Positions 49,197 through 57,980 of a stretch of DNA of 64,000 nucleotides are shown here, piece by piece. Positions within the stretch are counted from its first letter, which is position 1; the number at the start of each line of letters is the position of its first letter. The position numbers and the translations under genes were made by a program. The notes under the pieces are model-generated. The model was given only the letters and a program-made list of their open reading frames with translations, did no database searches and had not been told where the DNA came from. This DNA comes from Candidatus Polarisedimenticolaceae bacterium (lineage in GTDB: Bacteria > Acidobacteriota > Polarisedimenticolia > Polarisedimenticolales > DASRJG01), in assembly GCA_036376135.1 (NCBI GenBank), contig DASVAW010000092.1, forward strand, positions 17,669 through 81,668, written 5' to 3'.

Positions 49197-50306
49197 TCAG
49201 GCACCCTCCGATGGACCGGCGGACGGTTCCCCCTTGGCGAGCGACGGCGCGAGCTTGATCGCCGCGATGCCGGCGACGGAGGCCGCCAGCACCAGCGCCG
49301 CAAGCGGCAGGTTCGCATCGCCCACCGAGAGGTACCCGGCGAGCGCGAAGGTCGCCGCGATCAGGTACAGCGACAACACGGCCCGGCGCGGGGACAAGCC
49401 CAAGTCGATCAGATTGTGATGCAGGTGCTCGCGGTCGGCGTGTGCGATGCGCCGGAGGAGCGACAGCGGGGTCGCCCGTCCGCCCCGTACGGCGCGCCGG
49501 AGCACGGTCGTCCCCAGATCCGCCAGCGGAAGCCCGAGGACCATCAGCGGGAGAAGCAGCGTGACGGCGGTCGCCTCCTTGATCGAGCCGCGGATCGACA
49601 GGATCGCGAGGAGGAATCCGAGGAACTGGCTTCCGCCGTCCCCCATGAAGATCTTCGCCGGATTGAAGTTGTACCGGAGGAAGGCCACGAGCGCGCCGGT
49701 CAGGGCCGCGGCGCAAACGACGACGCCGAAGTGGTTGAGTCGCAGGGCGACCGAGGCCATCGTCAGCGTCACGATCAGCGAGAACCCTCCTGCGAGCCCA
49801 TCCAGGCCATCCAGCAGGTTCAAGGCGTTCGTGACGACGAGGATCCACGCCAGGGTGATGGCCGGGCTCCAGGGCCCCAGATCCAACGTGCTCCCGAACG
49901 GGATCGCCAGCGTCTCCACGCGGACGCCGAACCCCACCGCCACGAGCGCGGCGCCGATCTGGCAGAGCAGCTTCGTCCGCGGAGAGAGCTGGAACAGATC
50001 GTCGAGCAGTCCGGTCAGGAAGATCAGGGAAGCCCCGAAACCGGCTCCGACCCACGGAAAGGGCGAGGTCGGCTCCCCGAGACTCTGCGCGCGCCCCGTG
50101 AACAGAAGCGCCGCCCCGACCCCGCCGACGAACCCCAGGAAGATGCCGATGCCGCCCAATCGGGGAATCTCCCCGACGTGGATACGCCGCCCGCCCGGTG
50201 CGTCGACGGCGCCGACGTGGCGGGCGAACCGGATGACGGCAGGGAGGATCCCCGCGGCGACGACCAGCGCCACGATAAAACTCATCACATAGGCGGAAAA
50301 AGCCAC
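49197..50306 (-). CDS. MraY/WecA-family polyprenyl-phosphate N-acetylhexosamine-1-phosphate transferase (initiating glycosyltransferase)
   Basis: 369 aa, ..RRIHVGEIPRLGGIGIF...GLLDDL...NALNLLDGLDGLAGG...NPAKIFMGDGGSQFLGF. GTG start with GGAGG Shine-Dalgarno. Confidence 0.88.
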   Translation of the reverse strand: MAFSAYVMSFIVALVVAAGILPAVIRFARHVGAVDAPGGRRIHVGEIPRLGGIGIFLGFVGGVGAALLFTGRAQSLGEPTSPFPWVGAGFGASLIFLTGLLDDLFQLSPRTKLLCQIGAALVAVGFGVRVETLAIPFGSTLDLGPWSPAITLAWILVVTNALNLLDGLDGLAGGFSLIVTLTMASVALRLNHFGVVVCAAALTGALVAFLRYNFNPAKIFMGDGGSQFLGFLLAILSIRGSIKEATAVTLLLPLMVLGLPLADLGTTVLRRAVRGGRATPLSLLRRIAHADREHLHHNLIDLGLSPRRAVLSLYLIAATFALAGYLSVGDANLPLAALVLAASVAGIAAIKLAPSLAKGEPSAGPSEGA

Positions 50307-50329
50307 CCGTCCTCCCGAAGCGAGGCCAA

Positions 50330-50335
50330 GATATA
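50330..50335 (-). promoter_or_regulatory. Putative -10 element (TATATC) for the wecA-like gene
   Basis: CGTATATC on the minus strand, 24 nt upstream of the GTG at 50306. AT island. Confidence 0.4.
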
Positions 50336-50473
50336 CGGCGACCCGCCGGGTTCGTCGGCAGGATTCTCGCCGTGCGGGGCTCGCGGGCCGCCGGGGGCGG
50401 CTTTCGTCTCACTTTCCGGCGCCGTCGGAGACGCGCACGCGGACGATCCGTGGGCGGGATTGGACGGCGATCG

Positions 50474-50479
50474 TATATT
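50474..50479 (+). promoter_or_regulatory. Putative -10 element (TATATT) for the wzy-like gene
   Basis: CGTATATT lies 26 nt upstream of the ATG at 50505. It is followed by the hairpin GTCCCGC-gtcc-GCGGGAC (50484-50501). Confidence 0.4.
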
Positions 50480-50504
50480 CCGGGTCCCGCGTCCGCGGGA
50501 CTCG

Positions 50505-52025
50505 ATGATGAAACGAACAACGCTGGGGATCATCCTGGGTGCGACGCTCGCATGCGCGGCGGCGTACGGCCTCGAACTGGCGTTCGAATGGACCTGGACT
50601 CAGGTCCTGCTCGTCGTGATCCTGGAAGTGATCCTCCTTGCGGCGGCGGTGCTCGCCCGGCCCGAGCGGGACCTGCCGCTGCTGTGCGATCCGATCGTGC
50701 TGTTCGTGGCCTTCCAGGTGCAGTTCTTCGTCGTCGGACCGCTGGCCCTCCCCTACACCACCTTCTACGCGACCGTCCCGATGTCTCCCGAGCGCATCGC
50801 GGGAACCGTGGGTTGGTTCGTCGCGCTCATGGCGATGTTCTGGCTGGGCTACCAGGCCCCGGTGGCCTCCGTCCTCGCGGGCGTGCTCCCGGACTTCGCG
50901 GGAACGCGTCGACGGGTCTCGGGACGGCTCGTCGAGTCCGTGCTGCTGATCGGAATGCTGGGCGGGTGCGTCGGGTTCATCTACTACCAGGGCGGACTCG
51001 GGGACATGGTGAACCGCGGCTACGGCCAAGGCAAAGCCGGAGCGATGTTCACGGCGGTCTTCCTCCTGCTCGTCCTCGCCACCGTGCTGATGGCCTGGCG
51101 CGTGTTCAGCGCCCCCACGGCGCGCCGGCGCGACTGGATCCTGCTGGGAGCGGTCATCCTCTTCGAAGTCGGCTACTGGGGCATCCTGCTCGGACAGCGG
51201 AAGTGGCTCTTCTATCTCTTCTTCGGTTTGAGCGCGATCTTCCTCCTCCGGCGCGGAACGCGGGCGATCCCCCGCTGGCTGCTCCCCCTCGTCCTCGTGC
51301 TGCTCGTGATCTACCTCTCGGTTTGGGGAAGCGTTCGCGGACGTCCGCTGGCGGCGCTCGTCTCCGAGAACGCCGACCCCCGATACGCACAGATCGAGTC
51401 GCTGCATTCGGGCTACATCGAGGGTGTGGCGGGTCCTTTCGGCGGCGCGTGCCTGGTCTTCGAGGTCTTCCCCGAGGTCGAACCCTACCGTTACGGGCAG
51501 ACGTTGCTCGTGGCTTTGCTCAGCCCGATCCCCCGAGCCATCTGGCCCGACAAGCCGGTCGGGCTGGGCAAGGAGCTCACCCGCTACATGGGCGGTTATT
51601 ACGGCATCTTCTACGACCCGACGGCGGGTCTGAGCATCACCCCGACCCTGGTCGGCGACTTCCACGCCAATCTGGGGTCGATCGGCGTCCTGCTCGGCGG
51701 GCTTGCGCTCGGGTTGTCGTGCCGGACCGTCGCGGCGTACGCCGTCCGGAACATGCGTGACGGCCTGCAGCTCACACCGGCTCGCGCGCTGATTCCGGCG
51801 ATCTTCCTCGCCGGGATGGTCGAGGTTCGCGCGGACCTGACGATGATGGTGCTCTTCTACATGTACACGCTGCTGCCGCTGATCGTCCTGCTCATGTTCT
51901 GTTCGTTCGAGTACGGGGAGACGGCGGCGCCGGCACCCGGTTCGATCGCTCAGGGGACGTCGGCGGCCGGTGGGTCGCGGAACACCCCGGCGCGGATCAG
52001 TCCCTCCGCGGCGAGCGTGCCGTAG
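50505..52025 (+). CDS. Oligosaccharide repeat-unit polymerase (Wzy-like), multi-pass membrane protein
   Basis: 506 aa with roughly 10-12 hydrophobic segments and a large loop (..RGRPLAALVSENADPRYAQIESLHSGY..). EPS-locus context. Family call by topology and context. Confidence 0.65.
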   Translation: MMKRTTLGIILGATLACAAAYGLELAFEWTWTQVLLVVILEVILLAAAVLARPERDLPLLCDPIVLFVAFQVQFFVVGPLALPYTTFYATVPMSPERIAGTVGWFVALMAMFWLGYQAPVASVLAGVLPDFAGTRRRVSGRLVESVLLIGMLGGCVGFIYYQGGLGDMVNRGYGQGKAGAMFTAVFLLLVLATVLMAWRVFSAPTARRRDWILLGAVILFEVGYWGILLGQRKWLFYLFFGLSAIFLLRRGTRAIPRWLLPLVLVLLVIYLSVWGSVRGRPLAALVSENADPRYAQIESLHSGYIEGVAGPFGGACLVFEVFPEVEPYRYGQTLLVALLSPIPRAIWPDKPVGLGKELTRYMGGYYGIFYDPTAGLSITPTLVGDFHANLGSIGVLLGGLALGLSCRTVAAYAVRNMRDGLQLTPARALIPAIFLAGMVEVRADLTMMVLFYMYTLLPLIVLLMFCSFEYGETAAPAPGSIAQGTSAAGGSRNTPARISPSAASVP

Positions 52026-52990
52026 ATCACGCATCCCTCGCGGTTCGGGTGGGAGTCCACCGGAGAATTGACGTAGGCCCGGGGGTCTTCCCCCTTCCAC
52101 CGCGCGTCCCGCCAGGGATCGATCGGCAGGACGGGAAACCCCTCGCGGCTTCCGACGGCCGCGACCATCGCCATCGCCTCCCGCTGCCGGTCGTCGTAGG
52201 TGAAGACGACGAACGGGATCCCCGCTTGGCGGCATTTCGCGTGCAGCGCGGTCAACGAGCGATCGATCGCCTGCCATCGCGGATGGTCCGACCTGTATTC
52301 GGTCGCCATGGAGGTCCCGGGATCGGCCTGCGATGGACGCAGCCGGCGCCCCAGCACGTACAGAAGCGCAACGGCGTAGCTCCGCTGCGCGAGGTTCGTC
52401 ACCCGGGAGGCGCGTTTCTCGAAAACCCACATCCGCGGGTAGATGTCGTTCAGCGCGAAGAACAACGCGACCGCACGCGGACGCAGCGGCGCGACGACCG
52501 TCTCGAACTGCGCGAGCTCCTGCTCCGTGTTGTACGACGGGACGCCGAAATTCAGCGTGCGCACGTGGACGCCCGGGGGAGCGACGGCGGCGAGCGCGCG
52601 CTCCATCTGCGCGGGGACGCTCTCCTCGTACGGGACGCCGATTCCGAACGGGAAGGAATCCCCGAGTATCGCGACCCGGAACTCGCCGTCGGCCGGGTCG
52701 CGCGCAAGTTCGCGATCGCGCATCCCGAGGGCGTTGATCTCGACGGGCGCGCCGAAGAAACGTCCGCGCAGTCCCGGACGATTCCGGTACCCCATCGGCT
52801 CGTCCCGGATCAGCGTGTCCATGTAGCGCGCGGTCTCCGCGTAATAGGAGATCCCCGCGGGATCCGTGAGCCTCGCGACGATCTCGAGCAAGGCCAGGAC
52901 GCTCAGGGCGATCGCCACGGCCGTGCGAGCCGCCCGAAGCAGGCGGCCCACGAGCCCGTCGGGGCGCGCGCGAGCCGGCCGGTCGCTCAA
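51950..52990 (-). CDS. SGNH/GDSL hydrolase-type esterase, membrane-anchored
   Basis: 346 aa from TTG at 52990 (TTGA overlap with the upstream stop). N-terminal TM segment. RVAILGDSFPFG (block I GDS), NFGVPSYNT, ..DSHPN.. Its 3' end overlaps convergent wzy by 76 nt. Confidence 0.75.
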   Translation of the reverse strand: MSDRPARARPDGLVGRLLRAARTAVAIALSVLALLEIVARLTDPAGISYYAETARYMDTLIRDEPMGYRNRPGLRGRFFGAPVEINALGMRDRELARDPADGEFRVAILGDSFPFGIGVPYEESVPAQMERALAAVAPPGVHVRTLNFGVPSYNTEQELAQFETVVAPLRPRAVALFFALNDIYPRMWVFEKRASRVTNLAQRSYAVALLYVLGRRLRPSQADPGTSMATEYRSDHPRWQAIDRSLTALHAKCRQAGIPFVVFTYDDRQREAMAMVAAVGSREGFPVLPIDPWRDARWKGEDPRAYVNSPVDSHPNREGCVIYGTLAAEGLIRAGVFRDPPAADVP

Positions 52991-53973
52991 CGGTCCCCGG
53001 CCGAGTCGGGCTTGCGCACGACGACCGGCGCCGAGCGATGGAACACCGCCTTCAGCGCGCCCGACGGGTTCTGGACCGTCCAACCGCGAGACTGGAAGTA
53101 CAGCGCCGTCTCGTGGGGGTCGAGCTGGGCGGTCGCGTCGCTGTCGGAATCCCAGAACACCTCGAAGTTCGCCTCCAGAGGCCGGTAACGGTACGCGGTC
53201 GGTCGGGAGCTGAGGTGCCAGACGGCGCGGCGCGCGAGCCGCCGGGGGATCGCGAAGCCCCCACGCCACGCCAGCGAGTCCCGAATCGGGATCAGGGCCT
53301 TCAGGCAGCGTTGGCGGAGGTCGAGGTCCCGCCACGGTCGGACATGGAGTCCTTCGGCGGCCCAGGGCCGGCAATTCCAGGCCGGCGCGAGGTACGCGAC
53401 GCCACCGGGGCGAAGGACCCGCGCGATCTCGGCGATCGCCAGATCGGGCCGGGGGACGTGCTCGAGGACCGCCACCGTGAACAACGCGTCGAGCGACCCG
53501 GAGCGAAGGGGCAGGTGCTGCATGTCCGCCGCGAACGCCGGTCGCCGCAGTCGGCGCACCAGCGCCTCGACCGAGAGGTCCACGCCGACGTAGGCCGGAT
53601 GGACGTCCTGGAGCGCCCCCAGTCCGGTGCCCAGCTCCAGGACGAGCCCGTCCGGCGGGACGGTTCGCAGCAGCTCGCGAAGCGGAGCGAGATGTTCGTC
53701 CTGCTCCTCGCGGCCGTACGACTGCTCGGCGTAGACGCGTTCGTAGAACTCCCGTGCCTCGAGGTCGAGCTTCGCGGCGACCGATCCCTCCGCGTCGGGG
53801 CGCAGGTCCGGAACCCCCGAGAGAATCGGAAAGCGGCGCCCGCATCGCGCGCACTCGAGGTGGGCCCCTCGCTCGCACAACGCGCCCGCCTCGTCCGCGG
53901 CCCCGTCGCACGCGGGGCAGCAGAGTCGGTCGAGGACCCGCCGGAGCCCTTCGCGCAGCCCTTCCGCGATCAC
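52987..53973 (-). CDS. Class I SAM-dependent methyltransferase with N-terminal Trm112-like zinc ribbon
   Basis: CPAC...CARCGRRFPILSGVPDL, then LVLELGTGLG (motif I) and VLRPGG. GTG at 53973 overlaps the TPR gene stop (GTGA); ATG at 54003 is an alternative. Confidence 0.78.
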   Translation of the reverse strand: MIAEGLREGLRRVLDRLCCPACDGAADEAGALCERGAHLECARCGRRFPILSGVPDLRPDAEGSVAAKLDLEAREFYERVYAEQSYGREEQDEHLAPLRELLRTVPPDGLVLELGTGLGALQDVHPAYVGVDLSVEALVRRLRRPAFAADMQHLPLRSGSLDALFTVAVLEHVPRPDLAIAEIARVLRPGGVAYLAPAWNCRPWAAEGLHVRPWRDLDLRQRCLKALIPIRDSLAWRGGFAIPRRLARRAVWHLSSRPTAYRYRPLEANFEVFWDSDSDATAQLDPHETALYFQSRGWTVQNPSGALKAVFHRSAPVVVRKPDSAGDR

Positions 53974-55244
53974 GGGGAGTCGCTCCCCAGGGCCTCCGCC
54001 CATGCCTCGAAGTCCTTCCGCTCGGGATGGTTCCGCGCCCAGGACTGCGCCAGGTTGACCGCGGTGCGGCGCTTGCCGGTGCGTTCGTAGAAATCCAGCA
54101 GCGCCCGGGCCATCGTCGGGTCGTCGCCGGGGTCGACGAACCCGTCGCGAAGCAGTCGCTCCGCGATCACGAGTTCTCCGGCCTGCTCGCACGCCGATGC
54201 CGCGACGACCCGCAACGCGTCGTCGCCTTCGAGGGAGCGGGACGCGGTCCGGAGGGCGACGCACGCGTCCGTCGCCCGACCGGAGCGCTGGAGGACGAGG
54301 CCTCGCTGGCGCAGATCCCCGGGCGTCTCGTGCCCGGTTGCAACGACGCCGTCCCACGCCGCAAGCGCGCCCGCGAGGTCCCCCATCGCCTCGGCCGTCT
54401 CGGCGCGGCCGCGCAAGGCGTGGTACCGCTCGTGGGTCGTCGCTGCGGCGCGCTCCGCCGCCTCCATGTCCTGACGGGCCTCTGCGAGCCGGCCGTGCGC
54501 CAACGCGAAGCGGCCGACCTCGAGGTGGAGTCGGCTGAGATCGAACCGCGGCGCGCGCGTCAGGCCCTCGCGCAGCCCGAGGAGGACCTCGTCGACCAGG
54601 GAGTCCGGCAATCGCCGGGACCCGCGCCCCCACTCGTGCAGCGACGGTGCGGGCATGCGTCGCGCCGAGGCTCGGTACGTCTCGCGCGCCCGCTCGGACT
54701 GGCCGGCCGATTCGTAGACCTTCGCGAGGACGTCGAGCTCGAGGAACCCGGACGGTTTCCGCTCGACCGCGATCATCGCCGCCCCCAGCGCCGCCGCGCG
54801 CCACGGATCCAACTCGCCGCGAGCGCGTCGTTCGAGCGCGTCCAGGTCGACCCCGCGGTCCGCGTCGATCTCACCCGCGCGAAACAGCGCGACGTCGGCC
54901 AGGCCGCTCCACGACCACGACTCGCACGGCAGGCGGAGGACCGCTCCGGCGTACGCGCTCCACATGCGATCGAGCAGCCTCGCTTCGTCGTCGGCCGTCC
55001 ATCCTCCCGGCGGAGGGTTCACGCGCACCGCGCCCGCGGCGTCCCCGATCCACGTCCACACGAGAGGGTCCGACGGGTCCAGGTCCAGCGCACGCTCGAA
55101 CCGCTCGAGGGCGATTCGGTACCGGCGCTCGTCGTAGGCCCGCGCCGCCGCGCGGAACTCCGCGTCGTACATCGTGACGCGCCACGCACGCACGCCGAGG
55201 AGCGCGAGGATCAGCAGGCAGGCGGCGCGAAACACCCGGAGCAC
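53970..55244 (-). CDS. TPR-repeat protein with N-terminal membrane anchor
   Basis: 424 aa. N-terminal MLRVFRAACLLILALLGV, then repeated A..Y..A/ALE.DP helical-repeat patterns. GTG start. Confidence 0.7.
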   Translation of the reverse strand: MLRVFRAACLLILALLGVRAWRVTMYDAEFRAAARAYDERRYRIALERFERALDLDPSDPLVWTWIGDAAGAVRVNPPPGGWTADDEARLLDRMWSAYAGAVLRLPCESWSWSGLADVALFRAGEIDADRGVDLDALERRARGELDPWRAAALGAAMIAVERKPSGFLELDVLAKVYESAGQSERARETYRASARRMPAPSLHEWGRGSRRLPDSLVDEVLLGLREGLTRAPRFDLSRLHLEVGRFALAHGRLAEARQDMEAAERAAATTHERYHALRGRAETAEAMGDLAGALAAWDGVVATGHETPGDLRQRGLVLQRSGRATDACVALRTASRSLEGDDALRVVAASACEQAGELVIAERLLRDGFVDPGDDPTMARALLDFYERTGKRRTAVNLAQSWARNHPERKDFEAWAEALGSDSP

Positions 55245-55248
55245 CGGG

Positions 55249-56337
55249 TCACCGCCCCAGCGCGGCAGCGAGGATCCCCACGACGCGCGCCGCCGCCCTT
55301 CCGTCCCACAGCTCCGGTACGCGCGCTCCGGCTTCCATCGCCAGCGCGTCGCCGATCGCCCGCCGCACCGAATCCGCGGTCACGCCTCCCAGTCGGTTGG
55401 TGCCCTCCTCGATCGTGACGGGTCGCTCGGTGTTGGCGCGCAGCGTCACGCACGGCACCCCGAGGACCGTCGTCTCCTCCTGGATCCCCCCGGAGTCCGT
55501 GAGCACGAGCCTGGCCGCGGAGGTGAGCCCGAGGAACTCCAGGTAGCCCAGCGGCTCGAGCACGCGCACGCCCGACCCGAGCTCGATGCCGGCGCGCGCG
55601 AGAGTCGCCGCCGTCCGCGGGTGCACGGGGAAGAGCACGGGAATCGACCGCCCGAGCTCGACGATCGGAGCGAGCAGCGGCCGCAGCACCTCGGGGTCGT
55701 CGACGTTGGCGGGGCGATGCAGCGTCAGGACCGCATAACCTCCCGGCTCCACGCCGTGCGCGCGGTGGGCCTCGAGAGCGGCCGCGCGCGCGCGGAAGCG
55801 GAGCAGCGTGTCGATCATGACGTTCCCCACGAACGACACGTCGGCGGGATCGACCCCTTCCCGCGCGAGGTTGGCGAGCCCGCTCCGCTCGCTCACGAAC
55901 AGCCATCGCGAGATCTGATCGGTCAGGACGCGATTGATCTCCTCGGGCATGGACCGGTCGAAGCTCCGGAGGCCCGCCTCGACGTGCGCGACCGGGATCC
56001 CCAGCTTCACCGCGACCAGCGCCGCCGCCAGCGTGGAGTTCACGTCCCCCACGACGAGCAGCGCGGCGGGGCGGCGCTCGACCAGGACCGGCTCGAGACG
56101 CAGCATGACTTCCGCGGTCTGTCGCGCGTGACTTCCCGAGCCCACTCCCAGGCGCAGGGTCGGCTCGGGAATGCCGAGCTCCTCGAAGAACAGCGCCGAC
56201 ATCTTCCGGTCGTAGTGCTGCTCCGTATGCACGATCGTCGCTTGCAGGCGCCCGTCCTCGCGAAGCGCGGCGGCGATCGGCGCGATCTTCATGAAGTTGG
56301 GGCGTGCCCCCGCGATCAGGACGATCTCGCGGCTCAA
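55249..56337 (-). CDS. wecB: UDP-N-acetylglucosamine 2-epimerase (non-hydrolysing)
   Basis: 362 aa from TTG at 56337 (TTGA overlap). ..AGARPNFMKIAPI...VHTEQHYD...VVGDVNSTLAAAL...HVEAGLRS..MPEEINR...TDSGGIQEE. Confidence 0.9.
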   Translation of the reverse strand: MSREIVLIAGARPNFMKIAPIAAALREDGRLQATIVHTEQHYDRKMSALFFEELGIPEPTLRLGVGSGSHARQTAEVMLRLEPVLVERRPAALLVVGDVNSTLAAALVAVKLGIPVAHVEAGLRSFDRSMPEEINRVLTDQISRWLFVSERSGLANLAREGVDPADVSFVGNVMIDTLLRFRARAAALEAHRAHGVEPGGYAVLTLHRPANVDDPEVLRPLLAPIVELGRSIPVLFPVHPRTAATLARAGIELGSGVRVLEPLGYLEFLGLTSAARLVLTDSGGIQEETTVLGVPCVTLRANTERPVTIEEGTNRLGGVTADSVRRAIGDALAMEAGARVPELWDGRAAARVVGILAAALGR

Positions 56338-57893
56338 GACGCCGGCTCCTCGATGGGATCCGCCACGTCTTCGGCCGCGGCGACGAGCGCTCCTCCGAGG
56401 ACCGCGTACAGCGTCGCCACCGCGGGGATCTGCAGATTGAAGTCCAGCAGCGAATGCACGAGCATCGCCAGGATCGCGGCGGCGAGCGCCACGGTCGTCC
56501 AGGAGGGCGGCCCGCCGCGGTGCCGCAGTGCGGGTCGGAGCACCCGCCAGACCACGGCGACGATCCAGACCCCCAGCAGGACCGCCCCGGCGATCCCGGT
56601 TTCGGCGAGCAGTTGCAGGTAGTCGTTGTGGGCCTGATCGGTGCTCAGCCACTCGCCTTCCCGATCGTAGGCGGCATAGGCGAGTCGGAACGTCCCGAGG
56701 CCGCTGCCGACGGCGGGGTAGTCCACCCAGATTCTCCACGTGCGTCCCCAGATGTCGGAACGCATCGACAGCGACGGGTCCCTCGCGCCTTCGGCGAAGA
56801 AGGCGGTCTGAAGGCTGCGGTCCTCACGGCCGAGCCAGCTCGCCAGGCCCACGCCCAGTCCGGCCAGCACCACGAGGACGGCGAGCGCCGGGAGCCAGGC
56901 GCGCATCCGACGCGCCGGCACGAGAACGACCGCTCCGACGCCCAGGGCGATGAGCCCGCCGCGGGAGTGCGAGAGCAGCATGCCGCACGTGCCGAGGACG
57001 GCAACGCCGCCGAGCAGCAGGAGCCTCGGCAGGGCCCAGGTGCGATCCAGGAGCGCCGCTCGCACCCCGGTCGCCGTGAGATGGCGCGAGGCGCCGCCGA
57101 GGATCGCCAGCCCGAGGCCGAGCGTGACCAGAAGGCCCATCTCCACCCATCCGGCGAAATGGTTCGGATTGACGAACGGGCCCATCGGCGTCGCCCAGGG
57201 AGGCGACTCGCGACCCCAAAGGAACTGGCCGCCGAACCCGACACGCTGAAGGACGGCGATCGCGCCGAGCAGCCCGGTCCAGCCGGCGATGCCCCAGAGC
57301 AGGTGGTAGCGCCGCAGGCGGTCGGCGGCGAGCCGGCGCGCGGCCAGGAACACGAAGATCGGGGCGAGCCACGCCAACGCCGCGGCACGCGAGGCCACGG
57401 GATGGATGGAGAGGCTCGAGCGCGCGGACCACGAGCCCCGATCCTCGGGAGCCGTGGGAAGGGTCGCGCCGGCGGGGAGCGTGGCGCCGGCGTTCCGGGC
57501 GCGCTCGACGAGCAGGCGCGGGAGACCCGCACCTCCTTCGGGCGGGACGAGACCGGTCTGGAGGGCCGACGTCTTCGGAGCGAGCATCGCCACGACGGGC
57601 CGGGGAGCGGGCATCGATTGGACGAGCCCCAGGAGCGCGATCCCGAGCGCGGGACCGGCGATCGCGCCGGCCGCGCCGGAGAACAGTCCCCGTGGACCCC
57701 CTCGCCAGCAGACGGCGACCAGCGTCGCGACCGAACCCGTCAGGAGCCACGCAGACGCCCAGCGCTCCACGGACGCGAACGCGAGCAGCGAGGCTCCTAC
57801 GAGCGTCACCAGGGCGAACAGCGGGAGGTCCCACCGGGGGACATCGAAGCCGCCGGGCGCGGCGTGTCCTCCGGGGTCGGTTTCGGCGGTCAT
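56334..57893 (-). CDS. O-antigen ligase (Wzy_C) family membrane protein
   Basis: 519 aa, multi-pass. ..LLSHSRGGLIALGVG... and ..AHNDYLQLLAETGIAG.. are typical of the Wzy_C/WaaL family. Confidence 0.8.
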   Translation of the reverse strand: MTAETDPGGHAAPGGFDVPRWDLPLFALVTLVGASLLAFASVERWASAWLLTGSVATLVAVCWRGGPRGLFSGAAGAIAGPALGIALLGLVQSMPAPRPVVAMLAPKTSALQTGLVPPEGGAGLPRLLVERARNAGATLPAGATLPTAPEDRGSWSARSSLSIHPVASRAAALAWLAPIFVFLAARRLAADRLRRYHLLWGIAGWTGLLGAIAVLQRVGFGGQFLWGRESPPWATPMGPFVNPNHFAGWVEMGLLVTLGLGLAILGGASRHLTATGVRAALLDRTWALPRLLLLGGVAVLGTCGMLLSHSRGGLIALGVGAVVLVPARRMRAWLPALAVLVVLAGLGVGLASWLGREDRSLQTAFFAEGARDPSLSMRSDIWGRTWRIWVDYPAVGSGLGTFRLAYAAYDREGEWLSTDQAHNDYLQLLAETGIAGAVLLGVWIVAVVWRVLRPALRHRGGPPSWTTVALAAAILAMLVHSLLDFNLQIPAVATLYAVLGGALVAAAEDVADPIEEPAS

Positions 57894-57980
57894 GGGCGGT
57901 CGAGGATAGCAGCATTCCCGCGCATCGGGGACCGCCGCGCGCGCCGCGCGACGTCCCCTTGCGCCGCCACGACCCGTCGA

